From Eledone cirrhosa (taxonomy: Eukaryota): DNA of 64,000 nucleotides. Under the pieces are notes generated by a model. It did not search any database. It saw nothing but the letters and a program-made list of their open reading frames with translations, and was not told the DNA's origin. Made by a program: the position numbers and the translations under genes. The DNA is taken from the NCBI GenBank assembly GCA_964016885.1, contig OZ024755.1, positions 16,554,001 to 16,618,000 on the forward strand. The letters are read 5' to 3'. Below, in pieces: positions 14,208 to 27,519 of this stretch; position 1 is the first letter of the stretch, and each line of letters begins with the position of its first letter.

Positions 14208-14806
14208 ATGGTGGCTGCCAACTCGTTTTCGAGTACGGCCACTACTTTATATCCATGTAGGAGAACCCCTACCGATGCGCTGAACGAGTGTGACTTTTTA
14301 GTCTCAGCCAGTGACTTGAAAACTCTGGTACAAACACTACACTTGTGACAATTATTGACACATAGTGCTGGGCCCATGGTACCATGTGACGACAAGTGCA
14401 GAGAGATCTCCAGATATAAAGCAATGCCTGTGCCGTGAAGCTTTTATAGTGAGCAAAGGCACTGCACAAAGCCAGTCCCACTCTCTTAACCAAGATGATA
14501 TTTACCAAAAAGAAGAACAAGTCAACATCATTGGATACCACCAGGGTTGCAGGTGTTATATCAGAGTTTTCCTTCTCCTAGAATTCTGCCTTGACAAAGG
14601 CTAAGGGGTCATCTCTCCCGGTGATTTTGGATGGCCATTGACTCTTAAGAGCTCCTTTGCCCTTTGACAGGTTTTGTTTTTAGTCCTGCAGGATGTCCAA
14701 AGTCACCCTCCTCACCAAGAAACCTTGGTGGGGTTGCCAGTTTAGTCGCCAACGACCCGACCATGAGACAGGTTGTACTGGGATACATGTTACCAGTAGC
14801 ACCAAC
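14208..14806 (-). mobile_element. Non-autonomous RTE-type LINE derivative (5'UTR-like head plus C-terminal zinc finger and 3' end)
   Basis: The minus strand ends in frameshifted [22 protein letters not shown], a C2H2 finger typical of RTE ORF ends. No RT or endonuclease is present. It is embedded in TA/TACA microsatellite. Confidence 0.6.
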
Positions 14807-14901
14807 TATATATATATATACATACATACATATATATATATACACATATATATATACATATATATATATACATATATATATATATACATATATACATATA
14901 C

Positions 14902-14946
<45 letters not shown>

Positions 14947-14947
14947 C

Positions 14948-14996
<49 letters not shown>

Positions 14997-15546
14997 CATA
15001 TACATATATATATATATACATATACATATATACATATATATATATATATACATATATATATACATATACATATATATATATATACATATACATATATACA
15101 TATATATATATATATACATATATATATACATATACATATATATACATATACATATATATACATATATATAGTAATAAGGATTATTATTAACATTGGAACA
15201 ATACCATAAATTTTGTAGGGGTGGGGGAAGATATAGGAGATGAAATTGACGCCACTACTTGACTGGGACTATTTTCATTGACCCGGAAGGGAAAACTTGG
15301 GATGTTAATTTCGGCGGATGTTGAACACAAAATATTCGAAAAGGGGGTTGAACTTAAATGAATGCAGCGCAAACTGCATTTTTACTCTTGACATTAACGT
15401 CAGCTATTAAATTTGTTCACGTTCAAATTTCTTTTCAATAGAAAAAAAAAAAAGCTTTTATTTAGTCTATTCTCTTTTTCTCTTTTTTCTATTATTTGTT
15501 TCACTGAGACATTTTCAGTACAAAATAAACTAATTCTATCATGACA

Positions 15547-15622
<76 letters not shown>

Positions 15623-15646
15623 TGTGTGTGTGTTCATTAAAAAGTG

Positions 15647-15695
15647 AGTTTTGTTACTCTAGAGTTTCGCTATCACAGGCTCATCAGACAAGACC
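15647..15695 (-). ncRNA. Minimal type I hammerhead ribozyme motif
   Basis: The minus strand reads GGTCTTGT-CTGATGA-GC ctgtgata GC-GAA-ACTCTAGAGT-A-ACAAAACT, with palindromic stem III and a GUA triplet. Confidence 0.75.
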
Positions 15696-16281
15696 CGGTG
15701 ATAAACAAGAAAGAGAAAGTAACAAGACTCAGTTTAGCCTTAATAATAATTGTTTCTACTTTAGGCACAAGGCCAGCAAATAACTCAGTGCATTACTGGT
15801 ACTTTATTTTATCGACCCCGTAATGAATATTAAAACTCTACTTCGGTATTGAGTAATCCTTTCTCTTTGATTTAATAAGCTGAAGTTATGCTTCATCGTT
15901 TTACTATAATAATACACAGAGAATATAAGGGAACATAACTAAATACTACACACAGACCACGCAAAATAAAAAAAGTGTTTTACGGTGTATTTGTAACTTC
16001 GTTAAATTACAAGGAGACGAAAGTTGTTAAATAGGTTTAACCCTAGGTCAGCAGCGACCTAGGGTTAAACCTATTATTGGTGAACAATCAAGTCGATACA
16101 TTTAGTTGGGGGGGGGGGTCGGAGGTTGGGGAGAAATCACATTTTATTTTAATACAAAAAAAAATTAAATAAAGATATAGTAGGAATAGAGATCTAGGAT
16201 TACACACACACACACACACACACCCACTTCCTCCCAAGCATAATATGAATAAGACTTTCTGTGTTTGTGTTGTTATTTCCT

Positions 16282-16339
<58 letters not shown>

Positions 16340-16343
<4 letters not shown>

Positions 16344-16478
16344 TTATTCCGGGTTGAATCGGAGGTAACCACAGTAAGTAAGGTACTCAATACATAGCAG
16401 AGTATAGTATAAAAGTGTTAATATAGATGAGATTCTACAGGACTCTAGTCCTGTAGAATCTCATCTATATTGAAACCT
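16340..16478 (-). mobile_element. (TA)n-inserted fold-back element, same family as 12156
   Basis: Reverse-orientation tail plus the hairpin atatagatgagattctacaggact/agtcctgtagaatctcatctatat. Confidence 0.6.
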
Positions 16479-16713
16479 ATATATATATATATATATATAG
16501 TGACAAACACAGATAAACAATTATGTGTGTGTATTGTGATATATCTGGTGTGATTATATTTCTTGGATTCCTATATCAAAGTATTTCAGTCAAGATCATT
16601 TCATCTCCTCCTTCCCACTCCTTTTCCAAACATACATTAATCAAATACAAGACTAAACTACAATATTTTATGAGTTCGTTTTGTTTTACTCATAAGATAG
16701 TTGGACATTATTT

Positions 16714-16898
16714 AGGTGGATTGGCAGTATCGGTAGAGGGTCGGACGCCATGCTTTCCAACATAGTTACGTCCCTTTACGATCTGAGTTCAAATCCCGCC
16801 GAGGTTGACTTTGCCTTTCATCCTTACGGGGTCGATAAAATAAAGTACCAGTAATGTACTGGATAATTGCTGGCCTTGTGCCTAAAGTAGAAACAATT
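16714..16898 (+). mobile_element. SINE family B
   Basis: Full-length match to the 8646 copy. Confidence 0.8.
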
Positions 16899-17979
16899 AT
16901 TTAGCTGATGGTTTAAGACAGTTGAGAGACACAGCGAACGAAAGCTACCTCGTTTGTTTGTGGCAACAAATGAACAAATGAACAAATGAACAAATAAAAT
17001 AAAATAAGATGTTTAACAAAACCGAGATTTTTTTCTCAATGTCACTCGTCACCTCATACGATATGATGTGATCCCGGAAAAAAATGAGCCCTTTCTTAAA
17101 AATAAATGATATAAAATGTATGTATAGTAATAACAAATCGTATAATCTTGAATGTTTTTTTTTTTGTTTTCATTATAAACCAAACTACACGGCATGGAAG
17201 CGTATATTATTTTATTTTTTTAATTTACAAACCATATTTAATTTTTGTTAAAGTTGGTCTTAGGCGAAATTTCTCGCTACTTCATTTTATTAAAGTAAAT
17301 TCATCAGATATACATGACAACAAAAAATGACAATATTGTTTTCAAATATAAATTAAATATATTTGCGTTGCTTTCACCTGTGGCTAGATGGCAAAACAGG
17401 TGACAACATATACAAATAATTAAATTGTAACTTGCTGTGACGTAGTTCACTTACACGTGACGTAGTACACACCAACCTGAACAGACGAAATGTCAGCTAT
17501 CTATTAACGCGTGTAGGTAGATGCGGTAGGTTACCCAAAGCGTGTACATTGTCATATACAAAAACACAAAAAACCGCAGCTTTCATACCTACTGTGTGTG
17601 TTACGTCCTGATAAATGGTTTAACACGAAATCTTAAGCCCTTGAGTTACTCCCGTAAGACTCTAGCTAATACACGCACATGTATATATTACATATACTCA
17701 CACACGATAGACTCTGCCGTCAAGAAGGCATGATCGTCATCAATGACTACTTTACTCAACGAATTAATGTGCAAAGTGGTTGAGTATTCCAAGGACACGT
17801 GTACTTTTAATGTAATTATCAAGTGAATACTGTGTGACAAGACTGCACACCTTTGAATTACAAGTGCAGTGCATCTAAAAAAGCTTTCGTATAGTTAGTG
17901 TGTCTATGTATGTAATCTATATATATATATATATATACAATATATTAATAAATGGAAACTATATTTATAAAACCATATT

Positions 17980-18049
17980 TATTTTATTATATATATATAT
18001 TTCAAGGGCAACCAAGGCAAATTATGGTGCGCTTTCATCAGATAAAATA
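17980..18049 (-). ncRNA. Type I hammerhead ribozyme motif (left palindrome arm)
   Basis: Near-exact reverse complement of 18175-18246, with (AT)6 in stem III. Confidence 0.78.
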
Positions 18050-18174
18050 CAGATTTGTTTTATAAATAAATATTGACATACCCGGAAAAAAGACAACCTT
18101 AACGGTTCGAGCTTCCAACCGTTAAGGTTGTCTTTTTTCCGGGTATGTCAATATCTATTTATAAAACAAATCTG

Positions 18175-18246
18175 TATTTTATCTGATGAAAGCGCATCAT
18201 AATTTGCCTTGGTTGCCCTTGAAATATATATATATATAATAAAATA
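18175..18246 (+). ncRNA. Type I hammerhead ribozyme motif (right palindrome arm)
   Basis: TATTTTAT-CTGATGA-AAGCGCA...TGCCCTT-GAA-(AT)7-A-ATAAAATA. Stem I is a perfect 8 bp and stem III is made of AT repeats. Confidence 0.8.
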
Positions 18247-18380
18247 AATATGGTTTTATAAATATAGTTTCCATTTATTAATATATTGTGTATTTACTTC
18301 ACTAACTTGTTGAGTGCTTTATATCAGTTATAAAAATGTTTAAGCTTGTTGAATCCCAACAAATTAAATATAACCTCTGC

Positions 18381-18414
<34 letters not shown>

Positions 18415-18415
18415 T

Positions 18416-18553
18416 TGGATCTAGCTGTCGAAACGGCCGGAGCTCAGCAGTCGGGGTCTTGACTCTGTTCCTATTACCCACTCTATTATCCTAAGTATCG
18501 AGTACTCTGGTGTGTTATGGTCCACCTCTTTTCTTACCCCACTTTCTTTGTTA
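18416..18553 (+). mobile_element. 5'-truncated copy of the 'GAAACGGC' family in (TA)n
   Basis: gctgtcGAAACGGCcggagctcagcaGTCgggg followed by the shared tail. Confidence 0.55.
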
Positions 18554-18645
18554 TATATATCATATTATATATAAGATATTATATAACATATTATATATAA
18601 CATATTTTGCCTCTGTACATTACATAGAGCGCTTTTTTCCCTTAC

Positions 18646-18690
<45 letters not shown>

Positions 18691-18697
18691 GTGTGTG

Positions 18698-18733
<36 letters not shown>

Positions 18734-18859
18734 GACGTTATACATATCTGTGTGTAAAATGTATCTATATAAAATGTAATACGTACGCATGCGTAAATCT
18801 ATACGTGTGTGTATGTATGAATGTCCCAATGGCACATGTACGCATGTAACGATACAATG

Positions 18860-19792
18860 CACTCACATTCGCTCTCTCTCGCTCGATAACCTGCCTCAGC
18901 CATTCACATTTTCTTCTTCCATTCATCCGAGCGCCGTCCCAGTACAAGCACAATCAAACAATAACAACAACAAACTAGGGAACATTCAGGAAAACTCCTC
19001 TTCTTCTTCAGCACTGATCTCCCGTTTCCTACAGCCACTTCTAGCAGGCTCAACCTTTCCCAATCAACATTTCTTTCCCCCTCCCTTCATATAGTTTCAG
19101 TTTCGTTTCTCGTTTTCTTTTTCATTTCATCAATGACTCTTCGCCATTCAAGCTTTGCCTGCCTTTTATCGATTTTTGTTCCGTATATTTTCATTGATCT
19201 TTTATTTTTTTCCTTCCTTCACAACGATTACCTCCTTCTCTCATTCATTCATTCCTCGGTCATCTTTCTCCCCCCCCCCTCTCTCATTCATTTATTCCTC
19301 GGTCATCTTTCTCCCCATCTCGCCCCCTCTCTCTCTCATTCATTCATTCCTCGGTCATCTTTCTCCACATCTCGCCCCCTCTCTCTCTCATTCATTCATT
19401 CATTCATTCCTCGCTCTTCTTTCTCCCCATCTCCCCCCTCCCTCTCTCATTCATTCATTCCTCGGCCATCTTTCTCCACATCTCGCCCCCTCTCTCTCTC
19501 ATTCACTTATTCCTCGCTCTTCTTTCTCCCCGTCCCTCTCTTTCGTTCGGCTCCCGTTTCGCTTATTCGAACGTTCGAAACAACGATCAGCCCCCCCTCC
19601 CCCCAATCTTCCCTTATCTTTTTTTTTCTTTTTTAATTTATTCCTTTCTATTATTGCCTGCCACCACAACCCCCACACCATTACTTGCACCTTCCACTTC
19701 CTATTTTGGCTTTTTGTTTTGTTTGTTTCAAACCAGCCACTCAGCCACCCTTTCGGGTTTCAATCAGAAATCTAGAGGATTCATTCACTAAA
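18860..19792 (+). promoter_or_regulatory. Putative promoter/5'UTR region
   Basis: Locally CpG-enriched, TE-free and CT-rich sequence upstream of the candidate exon 1. It contains a ~50-bp tandem repeat at 19240-19530. Confidence 0.3.
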
Positions 19793-19827
19793 ATGTTCCC
19801 CCAAACATGCCTGAACAACGCCACTAT
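19793..19827 (+). CDS. Candidate first coding exon of Spred (MFPQTCLNNAT+AT)
   Basis: ATG at 19793 stays open to AT|gtaaac. This phase-2 donor would join the 37288 exon in frame (…NATIGDHLVR). It follows a CpG-richer, pyrimidine-rich UTR-like stretch. The donor is only moderate and there is no homology support. Confidence 0.3.
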
Positions 19828-19900
19828 GTAAACAAACACACACTGCGCGCACGCACACTCACACTATCTCTCTTACATACACACTCACACACTGTGTGTG

Positions 19901-20011
<111 letters not shown>

Positions 20012-20728
20012 TCTCTTACATACACACTCTACGCACACACACACACACTATCTCTCTTACATACACACTCACACACTGCGCACGCACACACACACACACT
20101 ATCTATCTTACATACACACACAGTGTCCTGTTTTCTGTTCATTGTCCAAGCCTATGCGAATGTCAAAAATGTGTATAAAGAAATCATTTATTGTTTACTC
20201 TGTGTTACCATCCAACCATATCTGCTATTGTTTTGTGTTGTAATTATTATTGTGGTTGTTGTTATAGTTTACACCTAGGTCAGCCCCGATCGAGAAGATA
20301 ATAAATAATCATAGAAGCCCCCCACCACCACCACCACCACAAAAACCCACCTAGCCTTTGGGTTTGGCGGATGGGTAGGGGTCTGAGACGTTCCAGCTGT
20401 TCGAAAAAATGGAACCTACTTGTGAAATTGATGTGTAAGTGGCCGAGCATTCCAATAGACACATACGTACCCTTATAGTTAGTTCTCAGGGAGATTCAGT
20501 GTGACATGGCTGTGCCAGCTGAAGGTTGGGGTTCGATTCATGGACAAGGACCAGGCAGTGAGTTGTATTCTTGAGCAAGATGCTTCACTTCACGTTACTT
20601 TTATGATATAACTGAAACCCATATCGTTAAAACACCCAACACCCTCTCTGATGTTTCCGTGGTCATTTTTTTTTAATGACACATTGATAGTTCCTCCCCA
20701 AGTCTTCCTTACAAACGCACACACACAC

Positions 20729-20767
<39 letters not shown>

Positions 20768-21155
20768 TCAGTAAAGAGCTGTATTCCTAAACAAGATCCC
20801 AGCACCAACCCATAGTAATAGCTCAACAGATATGCATGTTTCATGGCCTGACAAGCTCAGACACTAATACTATAACTGTAATTTATGTAATTAACAAAGG
20901 GCACAACTTGCTAGAAATAGCAGGCAAATATGTCTACTGGCTTAGAAAAAAAAGGGACAAATTGGATAATGTAGAGCAAGCATGGGCAACGTTTTCTAGC
21001 AGTGGTGAGCCTAGGATGTGACTTATCATAAAGCGGGCCACACTACAAAAAAAAATCAAGACAATTTTGAAATTAGGCATGCCATTCAAAAAGCTAAATG
21101 AGATGCAGTTTGCCCATAACTGCTCCTAACAGGAAAGAAGACGGTTGAGGGTAGC

Positions 21156-21345
21156 TTAATCCTTTAGCATTTACATCACTTTATATTTATTATTGTATTT
21201 TCATGGTAAAGGCTTTACTTCACATAATATCAAAGCTATGAGATATTAATATTATTTATTTTCATCAGTATGAGTGGCCAGTTGTGGTCGGTTTGAACTG
21301 ACACAAGTGAGATAATTCTGGCCGGTTTAAATGCTAAAGGGTTAA
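21156..21345. mobile_element. piggyBac-like MITE, copy 2
   Basis: TTAA-tcctttagcattta...taaatgctaaaggg-TTAA. Confidence 0.7.
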
Positions 21346-22696
21346 ATAACTTTAGTACAAATGACACAGACAATAGAGCATAACAAAAAAGCTTGTCATT
21401 TGCCCTGCAATGCTAACCCCTGCTTTAGCAAGGAAAATGGCCATAAAACATTTGTTGTAAACATTCTAGGAAAGGATCTTTAATAATTTAGTATCTATCA
21501 ATGTGAAGACAAACAGCCTAGTGGTGAAAGTGCTGGTCTTATGGTCGTAAGGTTGTAGGTTTGATGTTTTGCCCTTCAGCAAAGCACTTCATTTCATGTT
21601 GCTCCAGTTTAAATCAGCTGAAAAGTGAATCCCAACAACAACAGCTAAGAGTTAACCTGGCAATGGACTGCCATTCCTTCCAGCTTTTTACTCTCAGATG
21701 TTTAATACCACATGAAGCAAGGATTTGGGCCTTTAGGCTCCAAAAAGAAAAAAAGACTTTCACTGTCTATGACATCATAAATAAAGCAGTATTTATAAAG
21801 GAACAAATCCATTTCTTTATTAATGTGATGCTAGATGATTAATTATCTGTGTCTTTACTGCTTTTTTAAGGGTGGGGTGGGGTGGGGTGGGGGCTTTTTA
21901 GTACAGTTGAGTACAGATTTGTTTGGCATTCCCTCAAGCTAAAGATTCCATAATTTAGATATAGCTGCACAAGGCAAAAATACATTAATGCATTTATAGG
22001 AAGAAATATATATATATATATATATACATACATATATATCTATCTATATATATATAGAGAGAGAGAGATTGGGTGGTTCAGTAGATTCCTAGTTTACTGA
22101 GGAAGGTACCAATATATATGTATATGATGGTGATGATTATATATATATATCTCTATGTATATCTTTTAATAGTAAAGATAGCTTTTGGTGTTTTGTGGGT
22201 GACTGCTCACTGCTCGTATAAGAGAACCAGTTGTAGATTTTGTGGTTTTAGTATTAGTTTTCCTATTATTTCTTTCTTTCTAGTTCTCTTTTGGTGGTAG
22301 TCGTAGTAGTGTTTGTGGTTGTTGATTTAATATGCTAGTGGTCCTCATTGCTTTAATGTTTGCGGTTATTTTATTTCACTAGATTTGTTGCCAGTTTCTA
22401 GCTAGCCTCGTTGAATATTAGTGGAATTATTATTTTCATTATTTGGTTTGTTTTCCTTCCATAAACGTATCTATTTATCTTATTTATTTATGTACAAATT
22501 TAAGTTTTATTTAATTTATACATAATGAAAAGCTTTCTTGTTTCCACCACTCCTGGTTGTCTATCTTTATAGACTAAAGGAATAAATATTTTAATATATC
22601 TCTTTCATCACCATGAAAAAATGTCCCAATGACGTTGGTGTGTCTTCTTCTCTTGTGCATTGATGCTTGTATCCCCATCATCATTATTATCGTTAT

Positions 22697-22885
22697 GCGG
22701 TGGATTGGCAGTATTGGTAGAGGGTCGGACGCCATTCTTTGCAGCCTAGAGTTACGGCCCTTGCCATTCTGAGTTCAAATCCCGCCGAGGTTAACTTTGC
22801 CTTTCATCCTTATGGGGTCGATAAAATAAAGTACCAGTAATACACTGGATAATTTGCTGGCCTTGTCCCCAAAATAGAAACAATT
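22697..22885 (+). mobile_element. SINE family B
   Basis: Full-length match. Confidence 0.8.
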
Positions 22886-22939
22886 ATTGTCATTATCATT
22901 TTCCATCTGTTTTTCCATCCTTGTGTAGGTTGAACAAGC

Positions 22940-23310
22940 TTCTCCAGCACAACATCTCATCATCTCTTTCAGGAGGGTCAACTTCTTGAAATCATGTTTA
23001 TTTGGGTTGAACTGAGGTTCAAATTCTTGAGATCATATTTATATGTATTGAACCAGCACATCAACTCATCATCTCCTTCAGGAAATTCAACTTCTTGAGA
23101 TCATGTTTATGTCGGTTGAACCAACATAGCATATTGTCATCTCCTTTTGGAGGTTCAACTTCTTTGAGATCATGCTTATATGGGTTGAACCAACACAAGA
23201 TATTGTCATTTTCGGGGAGGTTCAAATTCTTGAGATCATCTTTATATGAATTAAGCCAATATAACATCTTGTCATCTCCTTCAGGAAGTTGAACTTCTGG
23301 TGATCATGCT
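22940..23310 (-). repeat. Tandem array (~67-bp unit) derived from an RTE LINE C-terminus
   Basis: About 5-6 diverged units of catctccttcaggaggttcaacttcttgagatcatg, with minus-strand reading KHDLKKLNL. Confidence 0.6.
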
Positions 23311-23380
23311 TTGAGTATGATGTAATTGTGGTGTGGTGTGTAGTCAATGATATTATATAATTACCAGTGTCATTATTTTA

Positions 23381-23572
23381 GTGGTTGGATTGGCAGTACC
23401 GGTAGAGGGTCGGATGCCATGCTTTGCAGCATAGAGTTACAGCCCTTTACGGTCCGAGTTCAAATCCCGCAGAGGTTAACTTTGCCTTTCATCCTTACGG
23501 AGTCGATAAAATAAAGCACCAGTAATGCACTGGGGTAATTGCTGGCCTTGTGCCTAAAGTAGAAACAATTAT
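23381..23572 (+). mobile_element. SINE family B
   Basis: Full-length match. Confidence 0.8.
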
Positions 23573-24540
23573 TTTAGTGGTACATGGTTTAGTTGTTAGA
23601 GCATTGGGGAACTGTGTCTCAGAAGGGAACTTTCCAGGTGCAAATCCCATGACCATTTGTGACCGAAGGGTGTGTTAAACTTTACCCGTTATAGTGTCAA
23701 TAGTACTGTAGTGTCAGTACTGGTGTACTCTCTGTACTGCTGTAGTGTCTGTTACAGTACTCAGTCATAATCTTGTGTATGTTCATTTACCAGAACTGTT
23801 CTCATACACTAAGACACTATCATCTTCACCACCACCACCACCACCACCATCATCATCATCACTACCACCACCATCATCATCATCATCTTTGTCATTACCA
23901 CTATCACCTCCATCTTAATGTATATGGATGTCTTCATGCAGTTTGTTGTGGCAAATCGGGGGCAGGGCTTCCAGTTGGATAAGTTGGAGACAGTTGCTTC
24001 TGACAGGACCCACTGGGAGGAGTTGTTTGAGGACTCTACCCCAACAACCCTCTCAGGAATAAGTGGGCAAAGAAGAAGAACCACTTAGCCCTCAATGATG
24101 ATAAGGGACCCCAGTCCTATCATATAAGACAACATGAAATAAAACATCTTGCTCAGGAACACAATATACCACAACCCAATCCAGATATTGAACCCACAAC
24201 CATAACATCATGGATTGAGCACCTTAACCACTAAGCCAATATATATATATATGCCCCATTCTCATCTCAAGTTCACTACAAACATGTTGTCATAGCTACA
24301 CACCACACACTAGTGTCACCCTCCCTATACACCTACTGATAATAGCAAACATGTCTAAATTACTGGTTGTTCGTTAGTAAATGCCCTCTCTATTAATTAC
24401 ACGTTTGGTCACTCACATTGCTCACACTTTATTTATAACAAAGCTTTATTATTTTGTTTTCTTTTCCCTTCGTTTAAATTTTTTAAATATTTTTTTTATT
24501 TATTTATCTGTTTATTGATTTATATTATTTGTTTTTATTC

Positions 24541-24892
24541 ATGTCTGTGTGGTTAAGAGGTTTGCTTTGCAACCGTAAGGTTTTGGGTTCAATCCCACAG
24601 TCTGGTACCTTGGGCAAGTGTCTTCTACTATATATAGCCTTGTGTTGAGGAATTGAATAACTTGTGAGTGAAATTTGCTAGACAGAAACTATACAGATGC
24701 CTGCTGTGTGTATGACCATGTCTGTATGATTGTTAGTGTTTGTTTGTGCTCTATAACTTATCAGTTCACTAAAAATTAGATAGACGAAAAAAAAAAGAAA
24801 GAAATAGGTACTGGGGTGTCAACATGATTCGCTGAAACCCTTCAAGGTGGTGCCCAAGCATTACAACAGACCAATGACTAAAACCAGTAAAC
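24541..24892 (+). mobile_element. tRNA-derived CORE-like SINE
   Basis: gtgtggttaag...ggttcaatccc...ccttgggcaagtgtctt. A related copy lies at 26230-26390. Confidence 0.6.
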
Positions 24893-25252
24893 AAATGCAT
24901 GCGTGTGCACACACAGAAAAAGATTACTCACAAAAACCACCTGAGCTCACTTCAGTAATATACCTACTCTGCATTATACTATATATTGAATAATACAATA
25001 TACCTACTCTGCACCATTCCATATATTGAGTACTACTTTGATTTGTGGTCTTCTTAGTCTCCATACCGCGGACACTCAATATATATATATATACACCAAT
25101 ACATTATAACTTTAAATCAGTTTGACAATCGCCACTGATGAATCCGAGAAAGTTAAGCAGAATTAAAAAAAAAACTTTCCATCCAAGTTAACAAAGGGCT
25201 TAGATCTACATAGCAAAATTATAAAATTGAAGTGAAGTCATTTTCCTTTTTT

Positions 25253-25292
<40 letters not shown>

Positions 25293-25414
25293 ATATATAT
25301 TATATATATATATATATATGATGAAATACCAATGACGGTTGGCAAATCACTGATGAGGGACTAATTTTATAATATGTAATCCATGTGCAACCATGCAGTA
25401 TTCTTCTCCGCTTG

Positions 25415-25468
<54 letters not shown>

Positions 25469-25477
25469 TATATATAC

Positions 25478-25775
25478 TTTCCCCTCCAAGGCACAAATCC
25501 GGGGGCAAGCTTGTTTGTGGTAGACCAGTAGTCGCCTATGCATGACAGTCTCCCTTTTCCCTGCCACCAATGTTATCCAAGGAAAAGGCAATGGCCTATA
25601 CAACTTGGCACCAGTGACATCTCAACTCATTTATTTCTACAGCTGAGCAAACTGAAGCAATATCAAATATAGTGTCTTGTTCAAGGACACAACACAATGC
25701 CATGTCTGCAAATCGAACTCACAACATCCTGGTTGTAAGATCAACACTATAACCACAAAGCCATGTATGTACCTT
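25478..25775 (-). mobile_element. tRNA-derived SINE, 62808 type
   Basis: Diverged reverse-complement match to 62808-63090. Confidence 0.7.
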
Positions 25776-26393
25776 CATATATGTGTATGTGTAGTAATTT
25801 TCCAATTAATATCATCATCATCACCTAGTCATCATGGATGAAGGTTCAATCTGTTGTATAGACACCACGTTCATTGTGTTGGCCTGCTCTGCTCTGCTCT
25901 AAATGCTGTCACAGCAAACACCAAAGCTCACCACTACACTATGGTGTTCTTTCATAGAGAGCTGCTTCTATTGACTAGCAAAAGAAGTAGGCCACGTCAC
26001 ACAGTCACACACAGTACACAAGATATCTTTACTAACACAACACAAACATTGATACATCTTTCAACACAGATTTCACTCAAGGAATGTCCCTCCTAAATAT
26101 ATATATTTAAAACAACAAACAAACAATAAATAAATAAATAAAAATAAAAACAAACTAATTTAAATCCTCCTTCCCCCCACCCATTTTAAATGTTATTTTA
26201 TTTTTTCTATTTTTTGACCTGGCACATACATGCATAGCTTTGTGGTTTGATAGTTCAGTTCACAACCATCTGGTTTGGGACTAAGTCCCAATGTGTGGTA
26301 CCTTGAGTAAATGTGTTTTCTACTTTAGCCTCTGGTAGACCCAACACTTTGAGTGAAATTTGGTAAGTGGAAACTGTGTGGAAGCCTGTTGTA

Positions 26394-26449
<56 letters not shown>

Positions 26450-27519
26450 TATAGAGAAAATACTGCAGGTAGCACATGGTAACATGTAATAAAATAAGTC
26501 CCTCATCAGTGATTTGCCGAAGATCATAGATATTTCATTGCATTAAAAATCAATATATATATTTGTGTGTATGTGAGTATATATCATTTTCCCTAGTAGT
26601 AAGGTGTGTACAGGTCTTCACAAACCAAGTCACTATTCATGCAGAGCTACAGGTGTGTGTACATCTATCTATCTATCTATCTACCTCTCTCTCTATATAT
26701 ACACACACGCATGTATATGTATTGTGTGTGTGTGTGGTAATGTCTATATTAAACATTTATTGTTAGTATATGTCTCGCATCATAGTGGATCATCAAATGA
26801 AGGTCAACAAAGTAAGTAACAAACTTAAAAAAATAAGTATAATTGATTAAATTCCCTTAAAGTATGCACCAGCTTGGCCACAGTCATATAACTGAAACAA
26901 TGAAACAAGTAAATGAATACCTTATTTTCTATACCAATATATTTCTGACCATCCATGAACCCGGTTGGTCTTGCCTGGGAATCCAGCCGGATCTATTGGA
27001 CACAGTTGGTACTGACAGGATCCGCGAGAAGTTTGAGGGCTCTGCACCCATGATCACCCCGAGAATAAGTGGGTGAAGAAGAAGAATATGTATCTAATAT
27101 AGGCACATGGTCAATAATTTGGGAGAGATAACTCATGACAGCCTCTCTAGTGTTGGTGCCACAACATAAATACATGCAGTGCCCTCTGTAAAGTGTGGCA
27201 ATGTATATATGCACAAAAATGCATCCCCATCTCATCTGAGAGGTCAGTAGCTCCGATTCAGTATTGACTTTAGTCTACGATGATCCATTCAACCCTTGCT
27301 GGTCGCAAAACAGACATTAAATAATGATGGCGATTATATATATATATCCACTTGCCATCGAAATGACATGAGCTCAGCTGTTGGGCACATACTATTTACA
27401 ATACATACACTCTACTTTCCTAAAGTATCACGTACTGAGCTGAACATAGGCTTCCTAGATTAAACTGGTAAATCTATCTTTTTAGCTAATACACCCCCCC
27501 CCTCTCTACATATATATAT

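Larger units (their letters stand above)
17937..18385 (+). mobile_element. Penelope-like element terminus with inverted duplication, in (TA)n
   Basis: Arms 17937-18107 and 18117-18289 are inverted copies, each with a hammerhead. An unpaired tail contains gttgagtgct, and (TA)n lies on both sides. Confidence 0.65.

Noticed and set aside
25125-25160. CTGATGAATCCGAGAAAG
   Set aside because: Stem II is too short and there is no stem I/III pairing.
25320-25420. GAAA...CTGATGA element (also 26450-26545 on the minus strand) as a permuted hammerhead
   Set aside because: The stems could not be paired convincingly. It is probably a related TA-inserted terminus but was not called as a ribozyme.
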